Positions 39,883-51,079 are shown, counted from the first letter of the stretch. The stretch is 64,000 bases of DNA from an uncultured Pseudomonadota bacterium (GCA_963736005.1 CAVTNB010000001.1:1952001-2016000), one strand, 5' to 3'. Numbers and translations: made by a program. The notes: a model not told the origin generated them from the sequence alone.

Positions 39883-40995
39883 CTAGCTCCCCAAAGAGGA
39901 TTCGAAAAGTGGATCCCGCCCGAGCGTTTGCAGGCAGCCGTCCAAGAGCTGCGCTTCCGTCAGTGTCGCTGCCCCGAAGTGCCAGCGGCGAAACGCTTTG
40001 CCGTTGCGGTCGTGGGCTTGCACCTCAATTCCCGTCGGAGAACTCTGCCGAACCAACAGAAGCGACGTCTTGCTGGCGCTCGCGCACAAGGTAATCGCAA
40101 CGATGCGGCCCGACGACAAGTTCGCCCATGCCGTGCCTGGCGCAATCATGCTGTGCTCTCGCAAGCGCGGTAAACGAGTCGAAAGCCAGCCGGCCATAAG
40201 GAGTGCCCGCGCCGAGGGCGGCTCGGCGTCGCTGGTGGCCGCAAACGTGATCGAACAACGATCGATGTCAGACAACAGCGAGAGCATCTCCCGATCGTCA
40301 AAACAAGTGGCGATGGCGCCACGCCACGGCGAGGTCCGTTCCCAATTTAGATCGCGAACGCTTGCCCGCTGCCCGCCTGCCTTCACCAGCTCGCGGAGCA
40401 CCTCGAGCGCAGAGGCGCCGTCACCGCGGGCGACTTTCCAGTCGCCCACCACATTGGCGCCGGCTTCGGTGCCAGCAACAACGAAGCGGTGCGAATCGAC
40501 GATGACCCGATCGCAGAGTGGTTGCAAGCCATTCCAGAGCGCGCTTCCCAGTGGCGCTCCGCCCCTCCACCACAACATCACCGGTAGATCTGAAACTAAG
40601 AGTCCACGAACCGCTGAAACCAAGCGATCGTCTGAGTCCGGGCCGGCTTGCAGGACGATTTCCTCGCTGCAAATTGCCGCGCTGCCCTCACCCTCGCACG
40701 CCGTGTTGACCCAGGCACGCACGGTATCGCGCTCTTTGTCGCTGCGACCGACCGAGATGACTCGAATCGGATACTTGCCCGACAACTGATCGATGATGTC
40801 AAGGGCGAAACGATTGTCGCCTTCCTCTTCGACGCAGATGATCAGCGTCATTACGCACGCATGCGATTGTGGCCGATCGAGCTTAGCAGCCATCGTTCGC
40901 CACCGCTCCGCGATCGTGTCTCCGATCTGCGCCACGCGAACCGGGGTGAGACCCCGTGTCGGCGCTTGCGCCATCCCATCACTGCCTGACATCAT
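39883..40995 (-). CDS. opcA: Glucose-6-phosphate dehydrogenase assembly protein OpcA
   Basis: CSEEIVL, LLVSDLPVMLWW, DRVIVDS and DLNWERTSPWR motifs; overlaps zwf stop. Confidence 0.88.
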   Translation of the reverse strand: MMSGSDGMAQAPTRGLTPVRVAQIGDTIAERWRTMAAKLDRPQSHACVMTLIICVEEEGDNRFALDIIDQLSGKYPIRVISVGRSDKERDTVRAWVNTACEGEGSAAICSEEIVLQAGPDSDDRLVSAVRGLLVSDLPVMLWWRGGAPLGSALWNGLQPLCDRVIVDSHRFVVAGTEAGANVVGDWKVARGDGASALEVLRELVKAGGQRASVRDLNWERTSPWRGAIATCFDDREMLSLLSDIDRCSITFAATSDAEPPSARALLMAGWLSTRLPRLREHSMIAPGTAWANLSSGRIVAITLCASASKTSLLLVRQSSPTGIEVQAHDRNGKAFRRWHFGAATLTEAQLLDGCLQTLGRDPLFESSLGS

Positions 40996-42539
40996 AAACG
41001 CCGCCAGCTCCGGCCGTCTCTTGCGAGGAGTTCATCGGCAGTCGCCGGACCCCACGTACCGGCGTCGTAATTGGGGAAGGCAACATTGCGATCAGCCTCC
41101 CAGGTCGAGAGCACGGGGTCGACCAAGGCCCAGGCCGCCTCAACCCCATCGGCCCGGTCAAAGAGCGTTTGATCGCCCTTCATGCAATCCAAAATGAGGC
41201 GCTCGTACGGTGACGCATCCTCGCTTCCAAAGGTCTCGCCATAGCCAAAGTCCATCTCCACTGCCCGAATCCGCATGCTCGGCCCGGGTACTTTGGCATC
41301 AAACTTTAGCGTGATGCCTTCATCTGGTTGAATCTGGAGCGCCAACACATTGCCACCGGGCGTCTCCAGCTGCGCCTTGCGAAACGGCAAGTGCGGCGCC
41401 TCCTTGAACTGCATGGCAATCTCCGTAATGCGTTTTGGCAGTCGTTTGCCCGAACGAATGTAAAATGGCACCCCCGCCCAGCGCCAGTTGTCGATCCAGA
41501 GGTGCAGCGCCGCGTACGTAGGCGTCATCGATTGCGGGTTGACGTCCGGTTCCTGGCGGTAGCCGACGACCCGCTCGCCAGCGACGCTGCCCGGGCCATA
41601 CTGCCCGCGCACGGCAACCTTCGATACCTCGGACATCTCGATCGGATGAATCGCCTCAAGCACTCGAATCTTCTCGTCGCGAAAGTCACGTGCGTCAAAG
41701 GACACCGGCGGCTCCATTGCGACAAGCGACATCAACTGCAGTGCGTGGTTTTGTATGACGTCGCGCACGACGCCGGTCTCTTCGTAAAAATTGCCTCGCC
41801 CTTCAATGCCTAAACTCTCCGCTACCGTAATCTGCACCGAGTCAACGTAGCGCCGGTTCCAGATGGGCTCGAAGATGCCGTTGGCAAAGCGAAGAACCAA
41901 AATGTTTTGAACGGTTTCTTTGCCCAAGTAGTGATCGATGCGGTAAATCTGGTCTTCGCTCATATACGTCAGCAGCTCGCTGTTGAGCGCTTTTGCCGAC
42001 GCAAGATCTCGCCCGAAAGGTTTCTCCACGATCATCCGCACGAAGCTTTGGGGGCTCTCGGGTTTGACCAGCCCAGCCCCAGCCAGCTTGGCAGTAATAT
42101 CTCCGTACAGACTTGCCGGCGTTGCAATGTAGAAAATGCGATTGCCGTTTGTGGCATACTGCTTGTCGTAGAGGTCGAGTTTTGTTTTGAGCTGTCCGTA
42201 CGCAGCTGCGTCGTGAAAGTCTCCCGCGACGTAGTGCACCCGCTCGCAGAGGTGCTGCAACACTGCGGGATCGCGCACGCGCACTTCCTCCGAAGCGGCC
42301 ACGGCGTTGGTCAAGACTTTTCGGAAATCATCATCGCTCATGGGCTGGCGCGCGAACCCGATCACCGAGAACGCCGGCGGAGCAAGCGCCGCTTGCGCTA
42401 GGTTGTAAATAGCAGGGAGCAGCTTGCGTTGGGTGAGATCGCCGGAAGCACCGAAAATGCACAGTTGCACCGGCTGCGTAGCGCCTTCGAGCGACATGCC
42501 TTCGCGGAAGGGATTGACCAGCGGTGCTGCGGTTGCCAT
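40992..42539 (-). CDS. zwf: Glucose-6-phosphate 1-dehydrogenase
   Basis: FGASGDL, EKPFG and YRIDHYLGKETVQN motifs. Confidence 0.97.
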   Translation of the reverse strand: MATAAPLVNPFREGMSLEGATQPVQLCIFGASGDLTQRKLLPAIYNLAQAALAPPAFSVIGFARQPMSDDDFRKVLTNAVAASEEVRVRDPAVLQHLCERVHYVAGDFHDAAAYGQLKTKLDLYDKQYATNGNRIFYIATPASLYGDITAKLAGAGLVKPESPQSFVRMIVEKPFGRDLASAKALNSELLTYMSEDQIYRIDHYLGKETVQNILVLRFANGIFEPIWNRRYVDSVQITVAESLGIEGRGNFYEETGVVRDVIQNHALQLMSLVAMEPPVSFDARDFRDEKIRVLEAIHPIEMSEVSKVAVRGQYGPGSVAGERVVGYRQEPDVNPQSMTPTYAALHLWIDNWRWAGVPFYIRSGKRLPKRITEIAMQFKEAPHLPFRKAQLETPGGNVLALQIQPDEGITLKFDAKVPGPSMRIRAVEMDFGYGETFGSEDASPYERLILDCMKGDQTLFDRADGVEAAWALVDPVLSTWEADRNVAFPNYDAGTWGPATADELLARDGRSWRRL

Positions 42540-42546
42540 GTAAAGC

Positions 42547-43476
42547 TTAGCTCTTGCGCTTGCCGTCGGAGGGCGCTTCCGCCTTCACTGCATGGCCGCC
42601 AAACTCGTTGCGCAGTGCCGCGATAACTTTTGCGGAGAACGAATCAGTTTGACGCGAGCGAAAACGCATGAAGAGCGACAACGCGAGCGTCGGCACCGGC
42701 ACGGAAAGATCGATCGCATCGATCACCGTCCAGCGGCCCTCGCCCGTGTCGTCCACATACCCTGCAATCTTCTCGAGTTTTGGATCCGCTGCAAAGGCAA
42801 GCTCCGCCAGCTCGAGCAGCCACGAGCGAATGACGCTGCCTTGGTTCCAGAGATGCGATATCTTTTCCAAGTCGAGTTCGTTGCCGAACTCAGACGCTTC
42901 AAGAACCTCAAATCCCTCACCATACCCTTGCAGCATGACGTATTCAATGCCGTTGTGCACCATCTTGACGAAGTGGCCCGATCCCACGGGCCCCACGCGC
43001 AGGTAACCATCCTTGGGAGCCAGCGTCAGAAAAATCGGTTCGAGACGCTTGCAAACGTCCACCTCGCCGCCGACCATCAAGCAATATCCCTCCTTCAAAC
43101 CCCAGATGCCACCCGATACGCCCGCATCGACAAACGAGATTCCCTGAGGCGCCAGGGCTTTGGCGTGCTGCTGTGCTTCTTTCCAATACGAATTGCCGCC
43201 GTCGATGATGACATCGCCACGTTCCAGCAGCCCGCTCAGCTCGTCGATCGTGCTGTTCGTTGGATTCCCAGAAGGCAGCATGATCCACACGTTGCGCGGC
43301 GGGGCAAGGGCCCGGACCAGATCGGCGAGGGTGGAACAACCCTTGGCCCCCATCGCCGTGGTGGCGGCAACCGCTTGCGCATTGCGATCGAAGGCCGCGA
43401 GATCATGACCCCCCTCGCGCAAACGCTCCACCATGTTGGCGCCCATCCGGCCCAACCCCACCATCCCGAGTTGCAT
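42547..43476 (-). CDS. gnd: 6-phosphogluconate dehydrogenase (short, decarboxylating)
   Basis: GLGRMG, DGGNS, GHFVKMVHNGIEY and RNEFGGH motifs. Confidence 0.95.
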   Translation of the reverse strand: MQLGMVGLGRMGANMVERLREGGHDLAAFDRNAQAVAATTAMGAKGCSTLADLVRALAPPRNVWIMLPSGNPTNSTIDELSGLLERGDVIIDGGNSYWKEAQQHAKALAPQGISFVDAGVSGGIWGLKEGYCLMVGGEVDVCKRLEPIFLTLAPKDGYLRVGPVGSGHFVKMVHNGIEYVMLQGYGEGFEVLEASEFGNELDLEKISHLWNQGSVIRSWLLELAELAFAADPKLEKIAGYVDDTGEGRWTVIDAIDLSVPVPTLALSLFMRFRSRQTDSFSAKVIAALRNEFGGHAVKAEAPSDGKRKS

Positions 43477-43481
43477 CGTTT

Positions 43482-46301
43482 CTATCCCTTCGTCGAAGCG
43501 GAAACTGCAATCTGCGATGCGACGTTGCGGAGCGCGCGCGCAACCGCCGCAAGCCCAGCATCGATGTCGTCGCCCAAGTCAATGCGCAACACGCGGCGCC
43601 CGTGCGTTTGCAACGATTGATAATCCCCAAGCGCCTGAGCATTTTTTAAAGTGCCGAAGTCAAATGGCTGCCCAGGTATGGCGAGCGCGATCGAATCACC
43701 ACCAACGAGTTGCAAAAAGACGCCTGTGTTTGGGCCGCCTTTGTGCAACTGCCCAGTGGAATGAAGGAAGCGCGGACCGTAACCAAGCGTTGTCGCCGCT
43801 TTGGTTGCATCGCGCACGAGCACGCGCATGGCTTGCAGCACTTCGTCGCGCTGTGGCGTCTGCTGAATGAATGCGGCGAAATCCACGTAGTCGCCCGGCT
43901 TCACGCTGGCGATCAGCTTCGCGAGCGCTGTCTCGTCCGTTGGCTGCGAACCTTGGGCCTCAATTTTCCCGTTCCCCGTCCCTGCGAGGATGCGCTTCGT
44001 GTTGTCCTTGCTTTCCTGCACGTTAGGTTCGTCGAACGGATCGATGCCAAGGAGCGCACCCACCGTTGCGGTTGCAAACTCCCAGCAGAAAAACTCCTCA
44101 GCCACGTCGAGTGCGTCGCGCAAGGTGATGAGGACAACTGGATGACCGGCCTTCTCGAGCGCCTCGCACCGAGCCGCCGATGCAGCGTCGCCATCAAGCG
44201 CCAAAGACACGAAGACTCGATCGTTTCCATAAACGCCCGGATCGCCTACCGGCTCGCCGGCGACGGGTATGAGCCCCTTGCCTTCTTTCCCCGTGCTTTC
44301 GGCGATCAGTTGCTCGAGCCACAAGCCCAGTGTTTCGATTTGGCGCGAGGCGAGAAAGGTAACCTTATCACGTCTGTTCAGCAGCGCCGCTTGCGCGAGC
44401 GCGACCCCAAGTGAAACGCCCGGGTGTTGCGCGGCAGGAACGCCCGCCGCGCACGCCTCGACCATGCGCTGGGCTCGATCGAGCAATCCGCCAACGTCGA
44501 ATCCGGCAACGGCTGCGGGCACGAGTCCAAAATACGAGAGGGCAGAATAGCGTCCCCCGATATCCGACGGGTTGACGAAGACTCGCCGCACGCCACGCTG
44601 CGCTCCGAGTTTGGCCAACGCTGTGTCCGCATCGGTAATGTACACGAACTGACGAGCAGCCTTCTTGTCATCACCCACCGCAGCTTTGACTTTTTCGAAG
44701 AAATACTCCCCGAAGCTGCGGCTTTCAAGGGTTGTTCCAGACTTGCTCGCCTCGATGAAGAGCGTGCGCCGCAGATCGAGCTTGCGCTCCAGCGCGGCAA
44801 TCGCTTCCGGTACCGTGCTGTCCAAGATCAAGAGTTCGGGATGACCCGCTCGCTCGCCAAAGGTTTCACGCAGCACGATCGGACAAAGACTGCTGCCACC
44901 CATGCCCATGAGCACGGCGTGGGTGAAGCCGTCGCGCGCGATGCCCTCGCCAAAATCGCGCAGCTCCTCAATCCGGCCCTCCATGGTTTGCGCCACCGTC
45001 AGCCAACCCAAGCGGTTTCGGATGACGGCCGCGTGGGCCGCATCGCCTTTCTTCCACAGGTCCACATCGTGCTGCCAGACACGCGGCACAAAGCGTTCCG
45101 AGTCGAACTGCTGGAGCGTTTGATAGTGCGCCGCCTGATCAAAATTGCGCAACTGACGCCGATCCACGCCATCCGCACGCAACGATTCGACTTTTTCGCG
45201 CAAGACGTCGAACAGCTGGTTATAGGATGTCTCAAAGATCACGAGACCATCGGCGAGCAGCTTGTCGGTAATAGCCTTGAGCGAGATCCCCGCGGCTTCA
45301 AGCGCCACCAGCGCTGCGTCCCAGCGGTCGAAATCCGAGTCGAGCGTGCGCGCGAGCTTGCCGTGGTCGCGAAAGGCATCGATCGTTGCCGGCGGCATCG
45401 TATCGACCGTATCCGGACCGATGAGCGCCTCCACGTAATACGTGTCTGGATATTTTGGATTCTTGGTCGATGTGCTGGCCCACAGCGGGCGTTGACGGCG
45501 CGCGCCGGCGGCCGCAAGCTTGCGGAAGCGCTCGCTTTCAAGCGACGCCAAGTAGACACGATACAATCGCTTGGCGTTAGCGATGGCCGTCTTGCCGAGC
45601 AGCGCCTCAAGGGCGGGCCGAGCAGACGCGTCAGCTTTTTCTATGGCTGCCGTCAGTCGCTTATCGGCTTCCGTGTCGACGCGGCTCACGAAGCACGATG
45701 CAACCGAAGCGATGCGATCGATCGGCTGTTTGCGCGCCAGACGATCCTCGAGGCCAGAATAAAATGCGTCGATCACGCGCTCGTAGTACTCTGCGCCGAA
45801 CATGAGCGTAATGTTGACGTTGATGCCTTCTGCGGTGAGCGCGCGGATCACCGGCATGCCCTCGTCAGTTGCGGGCACCTTGATCATAACATTGGGCCGC
45901 CCTACGGCCTTCCACAGCCGCTTGCCCTCGGCGATCGATGACCCCGTCTCCTTGGCAAGATCGGGGGGAAGCTCGATGGACACGTAGCCATCCCCGCCAT
46001 CGCTTGCTCGATACAGATCGGCGAAAACGTCGCACGCTTCCCGAATATCCTCGATCGTGATGATGTCGTACATCTCTCGGGCAGACGTCACGCCGCGGTC
46101 CACAAGTTCTTTGATGCCTTCATCGTAGTCGTGGCTCTCTGAAACTGCTTTTTCGAAGATCGTGGGATTGGAGGTGACACCTCGCAAGCCATCATCGTCT
46201 ACCATCCGGCGTAGCTCGCCCGAGCGAGTAAACCCGCGTCGAATGTTATCGAGCCAGAAGCTTTGACCGAAGTCGATCAAGCGCGCAAGTGGATTAGCCA
46301 T
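43482..46301 (-). CDS. Bifunctional transaldolase/glucose-6-phosphate isomerase
   Basis: GVTSNPTIF, MIKVPAT and WASTSTKNP (Tal); GMGGSSL, SKSGTT, IGGRYS and EQLIAESTGK (Pgi). Confidence 0.95.
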   Translation of the reverse strand: MANPLARLIDFGQSFWLDNIRRGFTRSGELRRMVDDDGLRGVTSNPTIFEKAVSESHDYDEGIKELVDRGVTSAREMYDIITIEDIREACDVFADLYRASDGGDGYVSIELPPDLAKETGSSIAEGKRLWKAVGRPNVMIKVPATDEGMPVIRALTAEGINVNITLMFGAEYYERVIDAFYSGLEDRLARKQPIDRIASVASCFVSRVDTEADKRLTAAIEKADASARPALEALLGKTAIANAKRLYRVYLASLESERFRKLAAAGARRQRPLWASTSTKNPKYPDTYYVEALIGPDTVDTMPPATIDAFRDHGKLARTLDSDFDRWDAALVALEAAGISLKAITDKLLADGLVIFETSYNQLFDVLREKVESLRADGVDRRQLRNFDQAAHYQTLQQFDSERFVPRVWQHDVDLWKKGDAAHAAVIRNRLGWLTVAQTMEGRIEELRDFGEGIARDGFTHAVLMGMGGSSLCPIVLRETFGERAGHPELLILDSTVPEAIAALERKLDLRRTLFIEASKSGTTLESRSFGEYFFEKVKAAVGDDKKAARQFVYITDADTALAKLGAQRGVRRVFVNPSDIGGRYSALSYFGLVPAAVAGFDVGGLLDRAQRMVEACAAGVPAAQHPGVSLGVALAQAALLNRRDKVTFLASRQIETLGLWLEQLIAESTGKEGKGLIPVAGEPVGDPGVYGNDRVFVSLALDGDAASAARCEALEKAGHPVVLITLRDALDVAEEFFCWEFATATVGALLGIDPFDEPNVQESKDNTKRILAGTGNGKIEAQGSQPTDETALAKLIASVKPGDYVDFAAFIQQTPQRDEVLQAMRVLVRDATKAATTLGYGPRFLHSTGQLHKGGPNTGVFLQLVGGDSIALAIPGQPFDFGTLKNAQALGDYQSLQTHGRRVLRIDLGDDIDAGLAAVARALRNVASQIAVSASTKG

Positions 46302-46316
46302 CAACAACCCCTTTAT

Positions 46317-46341
46317 GTAGCAGCGGACCTTTAGGTCCGCT
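46317..46341 (+). repeat. REP family B overlapping the tkt stop codon
   Basis: GTAGCAGCGGACCTTTAGGTCCGCT. Confidence 0.9.
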
Positions 46342-48358
46342 CCTTTTTCAACAACCCTAGGGCGCGCTCGGCCACGCGCTCCGGAGTAAAGCCAAACTCG
46401 CGGAAGATAACCTCAGCCGGGGCGGAGGCGCCAAAGTGGTCGATGCCGATGGCCAGACCCCGGTCGCCGATGTAGCGTTGCCACCCAAACGTCGCGGCCG
46501 CTTCAACGGACACGCGCGCGGTAACAGCCGGTGGCAGCACTTCATCCCGATATTTTTGCGTTTGACGCTCGAAGACGCTCCAGCATGGTAAGCTGACGAC
46601 GCGGGTGGCGACGCCTTGCTGTTCCAAAAGTTTTGCCGCCTCCATGCACAGCGAAACTTCTGACCCGGTTCCAATCAAAATGAGGTCTGGATTGGCGCGG
46701 CTCTCGCGAACCAAAATGTAGCCGCCGTTGCGCGCTCCCGTGGTTGCCTCTGCATCAAAAATCGGGATTTTCTGTCGTGTCAGCGCCAGTCCGACCGGCC
46801 CTCCCTCGTGTTCCATGGCGAGGCGCCAGCAAATTGCTGTTTCGTTGGCGTCTGCAGGGCGCATGATTGTCATGTGCGGCATGGCGCGCAGCGACGCGAG
46901 CTGCTCGATCGGCTGATGCGTCGGCCCGTCTTCCCCGAGTCCAACGCTGTCGTGCGTCCAAACATAGATTGGACGAATCTCCATGAGGGCGGCCAAACGC
47001 ACCGGTGGCCGCATGTAGTCGGAGAAGATGAAGAAGGTTGCGCCGAAGGGGCGCAATCCGCCATGGAGCACCATACCATTGAGCGCAGCACCCATCGCAT
47101 GCTCGCGAATGCCGAAGTGAAAGTTGCGACCGCCGTAAGAGTCACGCTCAAAATCGCCCATGCCAGAAAGGTTGGTCTCGGTTGACGGAGCGAGGTCCGC
47201 GGACCCGCCGAGGAAGTTTGGGACCACTTGGGCGATCGCGTTCATGACCTTGCTCGAAGCGATGCGCGTGGCCATCGGGCCATCTTGTTGTTTGAAGCTC
47301 GGAATGCGATCTGCCCAACCATCCGGGAGCTGGTCGCTCTGCTCGGCTGCGAATTGCCGGGCAAGATCGGGGAAGCTCGCCGCGTAGGTGTCGAAGCGGG
47401 CGCGCCACTCCGCTTCGAATGATTCTCCTCGTCCGATCGCCTCGCGCGTGTATTCGAGTACCTGATCGGGCACGAGAAAGTGCGCGTCCTCCGGCCATCC
47501 GTAAAAGCGTTTTGCCGCCCGAACCTCGTCTTCTCCGAGCGGCGCTCCGTGCGCGGCTGCAGTGTCGTGTTTGTTCGGCGCGCCATAGGCAATGTGGCTG
47601 CGCACGCGAATGAGCGATGGCCGCGGATCGGCTTTGGCGGCAATAATCGCTTTGTCCAAAGCGTCGAGGTCGTTGGCATCCTCGACGGCTTGCGTGTGCC
47701 AACCATACGCATCGAAACGCTCGCAGACGTCCTCGTCGAACGCAAGCGACGTATTGCCCTCGATTGTGATGTGGTTGTCGTCGTAGAAATAGATGAGCCG
47801 GCCAAGGCGCAGATGGCCTGCAAATGATGCAGCCTCTGAGGCGACGCCCTCCATGATATCGCCATCGCTGCAAATCGCATACGTATAATGATTCACGACA
47901 TCGAAGCCCGGCTTGTTGTAGCGCGCAGCCAGCGAGCGCTCGGCGATTGCGAACCCGACGCCATTCCCAAAGCCTTGGCCGAGCGGCCCGGTCGTCACTT
48001 CGACGCCTGGCACGACACCATACTCCGGATGCCCCGGCGTCTTGCTTCCCCATTGACGGAATTGCTTGATGTCATCGAGGGTGAGATCGTACCCAGTCAA
48101 AAACATGATCGCGTACTGCAACATACACGCGTGACCGGCTGACAGCACGAAGCGATCGCGGTCGGGCCACTGCGTGTTCCGGGGGTTGAAGCGCAGATGC
48201 CTCGTGTAGAGCACGTAGGCCAGCGGCGCGAGCGCCATCGGCGTTCCTGGATGGCCTGAGTTTGCCTTTTGGACGGCGTCCATGGCCAGCGTGCGGATCG
48301 TATTGATGCACAACTGATCGAGTGCTTTGGAATCGAGCGCCGGGGAGGTCTTGGCCAT
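46331..48358 (-). CDS. tkt: Transketolase
   Basis: [25 protein letters not shown] and GEDGPTHQP motifs. Confidence 0.97.
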   Translation of the reverse strand: MAKTSPALDSKALDQLCINTIRTLAMDAVQKANSGHPGTPMALAPLAYVLYTRHLRFNPRNTQWPDRDRFVLSAGHACMLQYAIMFLTGYDLTLDDIKQFRQWGSKTPGHPEYGVVPGVEVTTGPLGQGFGNGVGFAIAERSLAARYNKPGFDVVNHYTYAICSDGDIMEGVASEAASFAGHLRLGRLIYFYDDNHITIEGNTSLAFDEDVCERFDAYGWHTQAVEDANDLDALDKAIIAAKADPRPSLIRVRSHIAYGAPNKHDTAAAHGAPLGEDEVRAAKRFYGWPEDAHFLVPDQVLEYTREAIGRGESFEAEWRARFDTYAASFPDLARQFAAEQSDQLPDGWADRIPSFKQQDGPMATRIASSKVMNAIAQVVPNFLGGSADLAPSTETNLSGMGDFERDSYGGRNFHFGIREHAMGAALNGMVLHGGLRPFGATFFIFSDYMRPPVRLAALMEIRPIYVWTHDSVGLGEDGPTHQPIEQLASLRAMPHMTIMRPADANETAICWRLAMEHEGGPVGLALTRQKIPIFDAEATTGARNGGYILVRESRANPDLILIGTGSEVSLCMEAAKLLEQQGVATRVVSLPCWSVFERQTQKYRDEVLPPAVTARVSVEAAATFGWQRYIGDRGLAIGIDHFGASAPAEVIFREFGFTPERVAERALGLLKKERT

Positions 48359-48391
48359 GGTACTCCTTGTTCAGGTTGGCAATCTAGCCAT

Positions 48392-48416
48392 GTAGCAGCG
48401 GACCTTCAGGTCCGCT
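48392..48416 (+). repeat. REP family B
   Basis: GTAGCAGCGGACCTTCAGGTCCGCT between tkt and selD. Confidence 0.9.
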
Positions 48417-48444
48417 CGGTTACCTTGTCTTTTTATACCCGCTG

Positions 48445-49521
48445 TTACCTGTCGCGTACCGAGAACGTGGCTTCCGCCGTGAGGGCACCGATGAACGATA
48501 CGATATCAACGCCATGGTGGTTCAACGCCGCGCGCAGTTCATCCGCAAATTGTCGCGAGACGGCGATGAGCAGACCACCGGACGTTTGAGCATCGCACAG
48601 CGTGAGCTGCAGCGCATCCGGAATCGACGGCTCGAAGGAGACGCCCGATGCAAGCGCATTTTCGAGGTTCGAGCGCGTTCCGCCCGGTACGACCTCATGA
48701 GCGGCAAGATCGAGGACGAGGTCGAACACGGGAACGCTGCGAGCCAAAAGTTCGAAGCCCAAACCACTTCCGCGCGCCATCTCGAGCAGATGGCCTACGA
48801 GGCCAAAACCCGTCACGTCGGTCGCGGCGTGCACGGGTGGATCGCCGTGTTTGGCATTGAGCTCGACCATAGCGGTTGACGCTGCACGGTTGAGCGTTTC
48901 CATAGCGGCGATCGCAGGTGCTAGATCCTTTTCAGGAATAGCGTCTTTGCGCTGTGCGGTGGTCAAGATTCCAGTTCCAATCGGCTTTGTTAAGAGAAGC
49001 ACGTCACCCGCTCGCCCCGTCGAGTTGCGGACGATTCGTTGTGGATGCGCGATGCCCGTGACTGCCAAGCCATATTTTGGCTCGGGGTCCTTGACCGTGT
49101 GACCGCCGATGATGTGGATCCCGGCCTCGTGTGCTTTTTCGACGCCCCCCGCGAGGATCTCAGCGAGAATCGTGGGATCGCGATCCGCCGGAAAGCAAGC
49201 AATCGCGAGCGCGCACAACGGCGTGCCACCCATCGCGTAAACATCGGAGAGCGCGTTTGCAGCAGCAATCCGGCCAAAGGTTTTCGGTTCATCGACAATG
49301 GGCGTAAAGAAGTCAACCGTCACAACGAGCGCAGTTCGGTCGTTGAGTCGGTACACTCCAGCATCATCCGCCGTGGACGTGCCGACGAGGACGTTGGGGT
49401 CGTCGATCGGCGGCAATCCGGCCAGCACCTGCGCGAGCACGCTCGCGTCGGCTTTAGAGGCTCAACCCGCGCAGCTTGAAAGGTGGGTGAGCCGAAAAAT
49501 GTCGGTCCGTGTCACTCTCAT
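48445..49521 (-). CDS. selD: Selenide, water dikinase SelD, selenoprotein form (in-frame UGA at codon 20)
   Basis: ATG at 49521 gives MRVTRTDIFRLTHLSSCAG-UGA-ASK, in frame with DDAGV, TVDFFTP, DVTGFGL and DAQTSGGLL. Confidence 0.93.
49432..49447 (-). promoter_or_regulatory. Putative bacterial SECIS hairpin of selD
   Basis: CGCGAG-CGTG-CTCGCG hairpin starting about 15 nt downstream of the UGA. Confidence 0.55.
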
Positions 49522-49686
49522 TGACTTTCCTGAGTTTTGGGGATGGCCCTGGTAACGCGTGATGGCCAACTTGTCCCCTCATGTGGACCTATAGTAAGGT
49601 ACGCGGGAGCCGATAATAATGAAGAGGGGATCGCATCCACATAGTGGTCGTCTTCGTTATCCCCTTTGTGAGGAGTTCAAAGGGTC

Positions 49687-50970
49687 GTGAAAGGACTTTC
49701 CTTTTCGCTAATTTTCTGGCGACTCGCCATCGTCGCCGCGATCTTTGTGATCGCGGACCTCGCCTCAGCTCCGCCGGTTCTTGGTTCTGGCCCAACAGTT
49801 GCCGTTACCGCGTTTGCGAACGGCGCTGGAGCGCCCGCCGGCACGGTGAGCGCTCTGAGCTCGGCCCTCTACCAGTCGGTGGACCAGTCGGGCAAATATA
49901 GCGCTGTCGGCGGCGGCCCACTTACGGTACAACCGGCACTCGATGGCAGCATTCTCGGCCCAGCCATCGATGCCGCATCGAAAGCCGGCGCCGAGGAAGT
50001 TGTCGTCAGCGAGCTCGTCAGCGCGTCAGGCGGAAGTGTGGTGTACCGGCTGAGCGCCTACCGTGTTGCCCCGCTGATGTTCATTCGCACGCAGATTTTT
50101 TCGCAGTCGTCGCTTGCTGGCCCATCGCTAACCGCAGGCTTCGTGACCAACCTGGCTACCCTGCACCAGCCCCGCTCCGCAATCGGCACGATTTACTCGC
50201 TCGAAAATGGCGTCCATGCAGACTTAGGATCAGTCTACGGATTCCAACTCGGTCAGCAGTTCAATGTGATGCGCAGCGGCCAAAAGATGGCGCAAGCACA
50301 GATCAATGCGATTGAGGACGACTCCGCCACGGTCGAAATCACAAACCCAGCGAATGGGTACAAGCCACAAGTCGGCGACCAACTCATTGGACTTCAACCG
50401 CTTCCGGCACTCAATCCGCCGCAGAAGAGTTCTTCAAACACCTTCACCATTTGGGGATTGGTTGTGGCAACCGGAGTCGCGCTGCTTGCGATCGGCCACC
50501 ATGGCAACGCGGCAACGGCCAACACTGGACCCGCAACGTCACCGAGTCCAATTGGTGGATTCGCGGTCACAGGTGCGCAAACAAGCGGCGTGCGACCGAC
50601 GGAAACCTTTACCTTCACGTTCAATCAGCCGGTCGATACAAGCACCGTTGACTTCACGGGCACAAACCAAGTGTACTACAACATCACCGGCCTGGGGAGC
50701 AATCAGCCGTTGACGAGTCTCGGCGGTGGAACACCAACGTTCGACCCAACCAACATGATCCTCACTGTCACCACCAATGGCGCTCCAACACCGGGCCAGC
50801 AGATCAATTTCTTCTTCACATCGTCTATCCTAGACACCCTCGGTATTGCGTTAACACCTGCAAATTTCTCGTTCACGTCATCTGCTCACCATCATCCAGC
50901 AACTCACGTCCATGCGCCGCAACCGACGCCAAGGCACGGCGGCGGCAGCCACAACCCCAACCCGAACTAA
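49687..50970 (+). CDS. Hypothetical exported protein with C-terminal Ig-like (Big_5-like) region
   Basis: Signal peptide, internal hydrophobic segment, FTFNQPVD..T motif, His/Pro-rich tail. Confidence 0.65.
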   Translation: MKGLSFSLIFWRLAIVAAIFVIADLASAPPVLGSGPTVAVTAFANGAGAPAGTVSALSSALYQSVDQSGKYSAVGGGPLTVQPALDGSILGPAIDAASKAGAEEVVVSELVSASGGSVVYRLSAYRVAPLMFIRTQIFSQSSLAGPSLTAGFVTNLATLHQPRSAIGTIYSLENGVHADLGSVYGFQLGQQFNVMRSGQKMAQAQINAIEDDSATVEITNPANGYKPQVGDQLIGLQPLPALNPPQKSSSNTFTIWGLVVATGVALLAIGHHGNAATANTGPATSPSPIGGFAVTGAQTSGVRPTETFTFTFNQPVDTSTVDFTGTNQVYYNITGLGSNQPLTSLGGGTPTFDPTNMILTVTTNGAPTPGQQINFFFTSSILDTLGIALTPANFSFTSSAHHHPATHVHAPQPTPRHGGGSHNPNPN

Positions 50971-50971
50971 T

Positions 50972-51033
50972 GTAGGGGGCGATTGGAAAATCGCCCAACC
51001 GCCTAAATGTAGGGGGCGATTGGAAAATCGCCC
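50972..51033 (+). repeat. Two tandem family-C REPs
   Basis: GTAGGGGGCGATTGGAAAATCGCCC x2, 37-bp period. Confidence 0.9.
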
Positions 51034-51038
51034 CATTA

Positions 51039-51079
51039 CAAAAAAGAGACGCGAAGCCAAGGCCTCGCGTTTTCTCTTT
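51039..51079. terminator. Probable bidirectional terminator between convergent genes
   Basis: AAAAAAGAGACGCGA..GCCAAGGC..TCGCGTTTTCTCTTT. Confidence 0.6.

Noticed and set aside
44424..45941. 505-aa plus-strand ORF and similar long alternative-frame ORFs
   Set aside because: These are shadow ORFs antisense to clear housekeeping genes in high-GC DNA, with no recognisable motifs.
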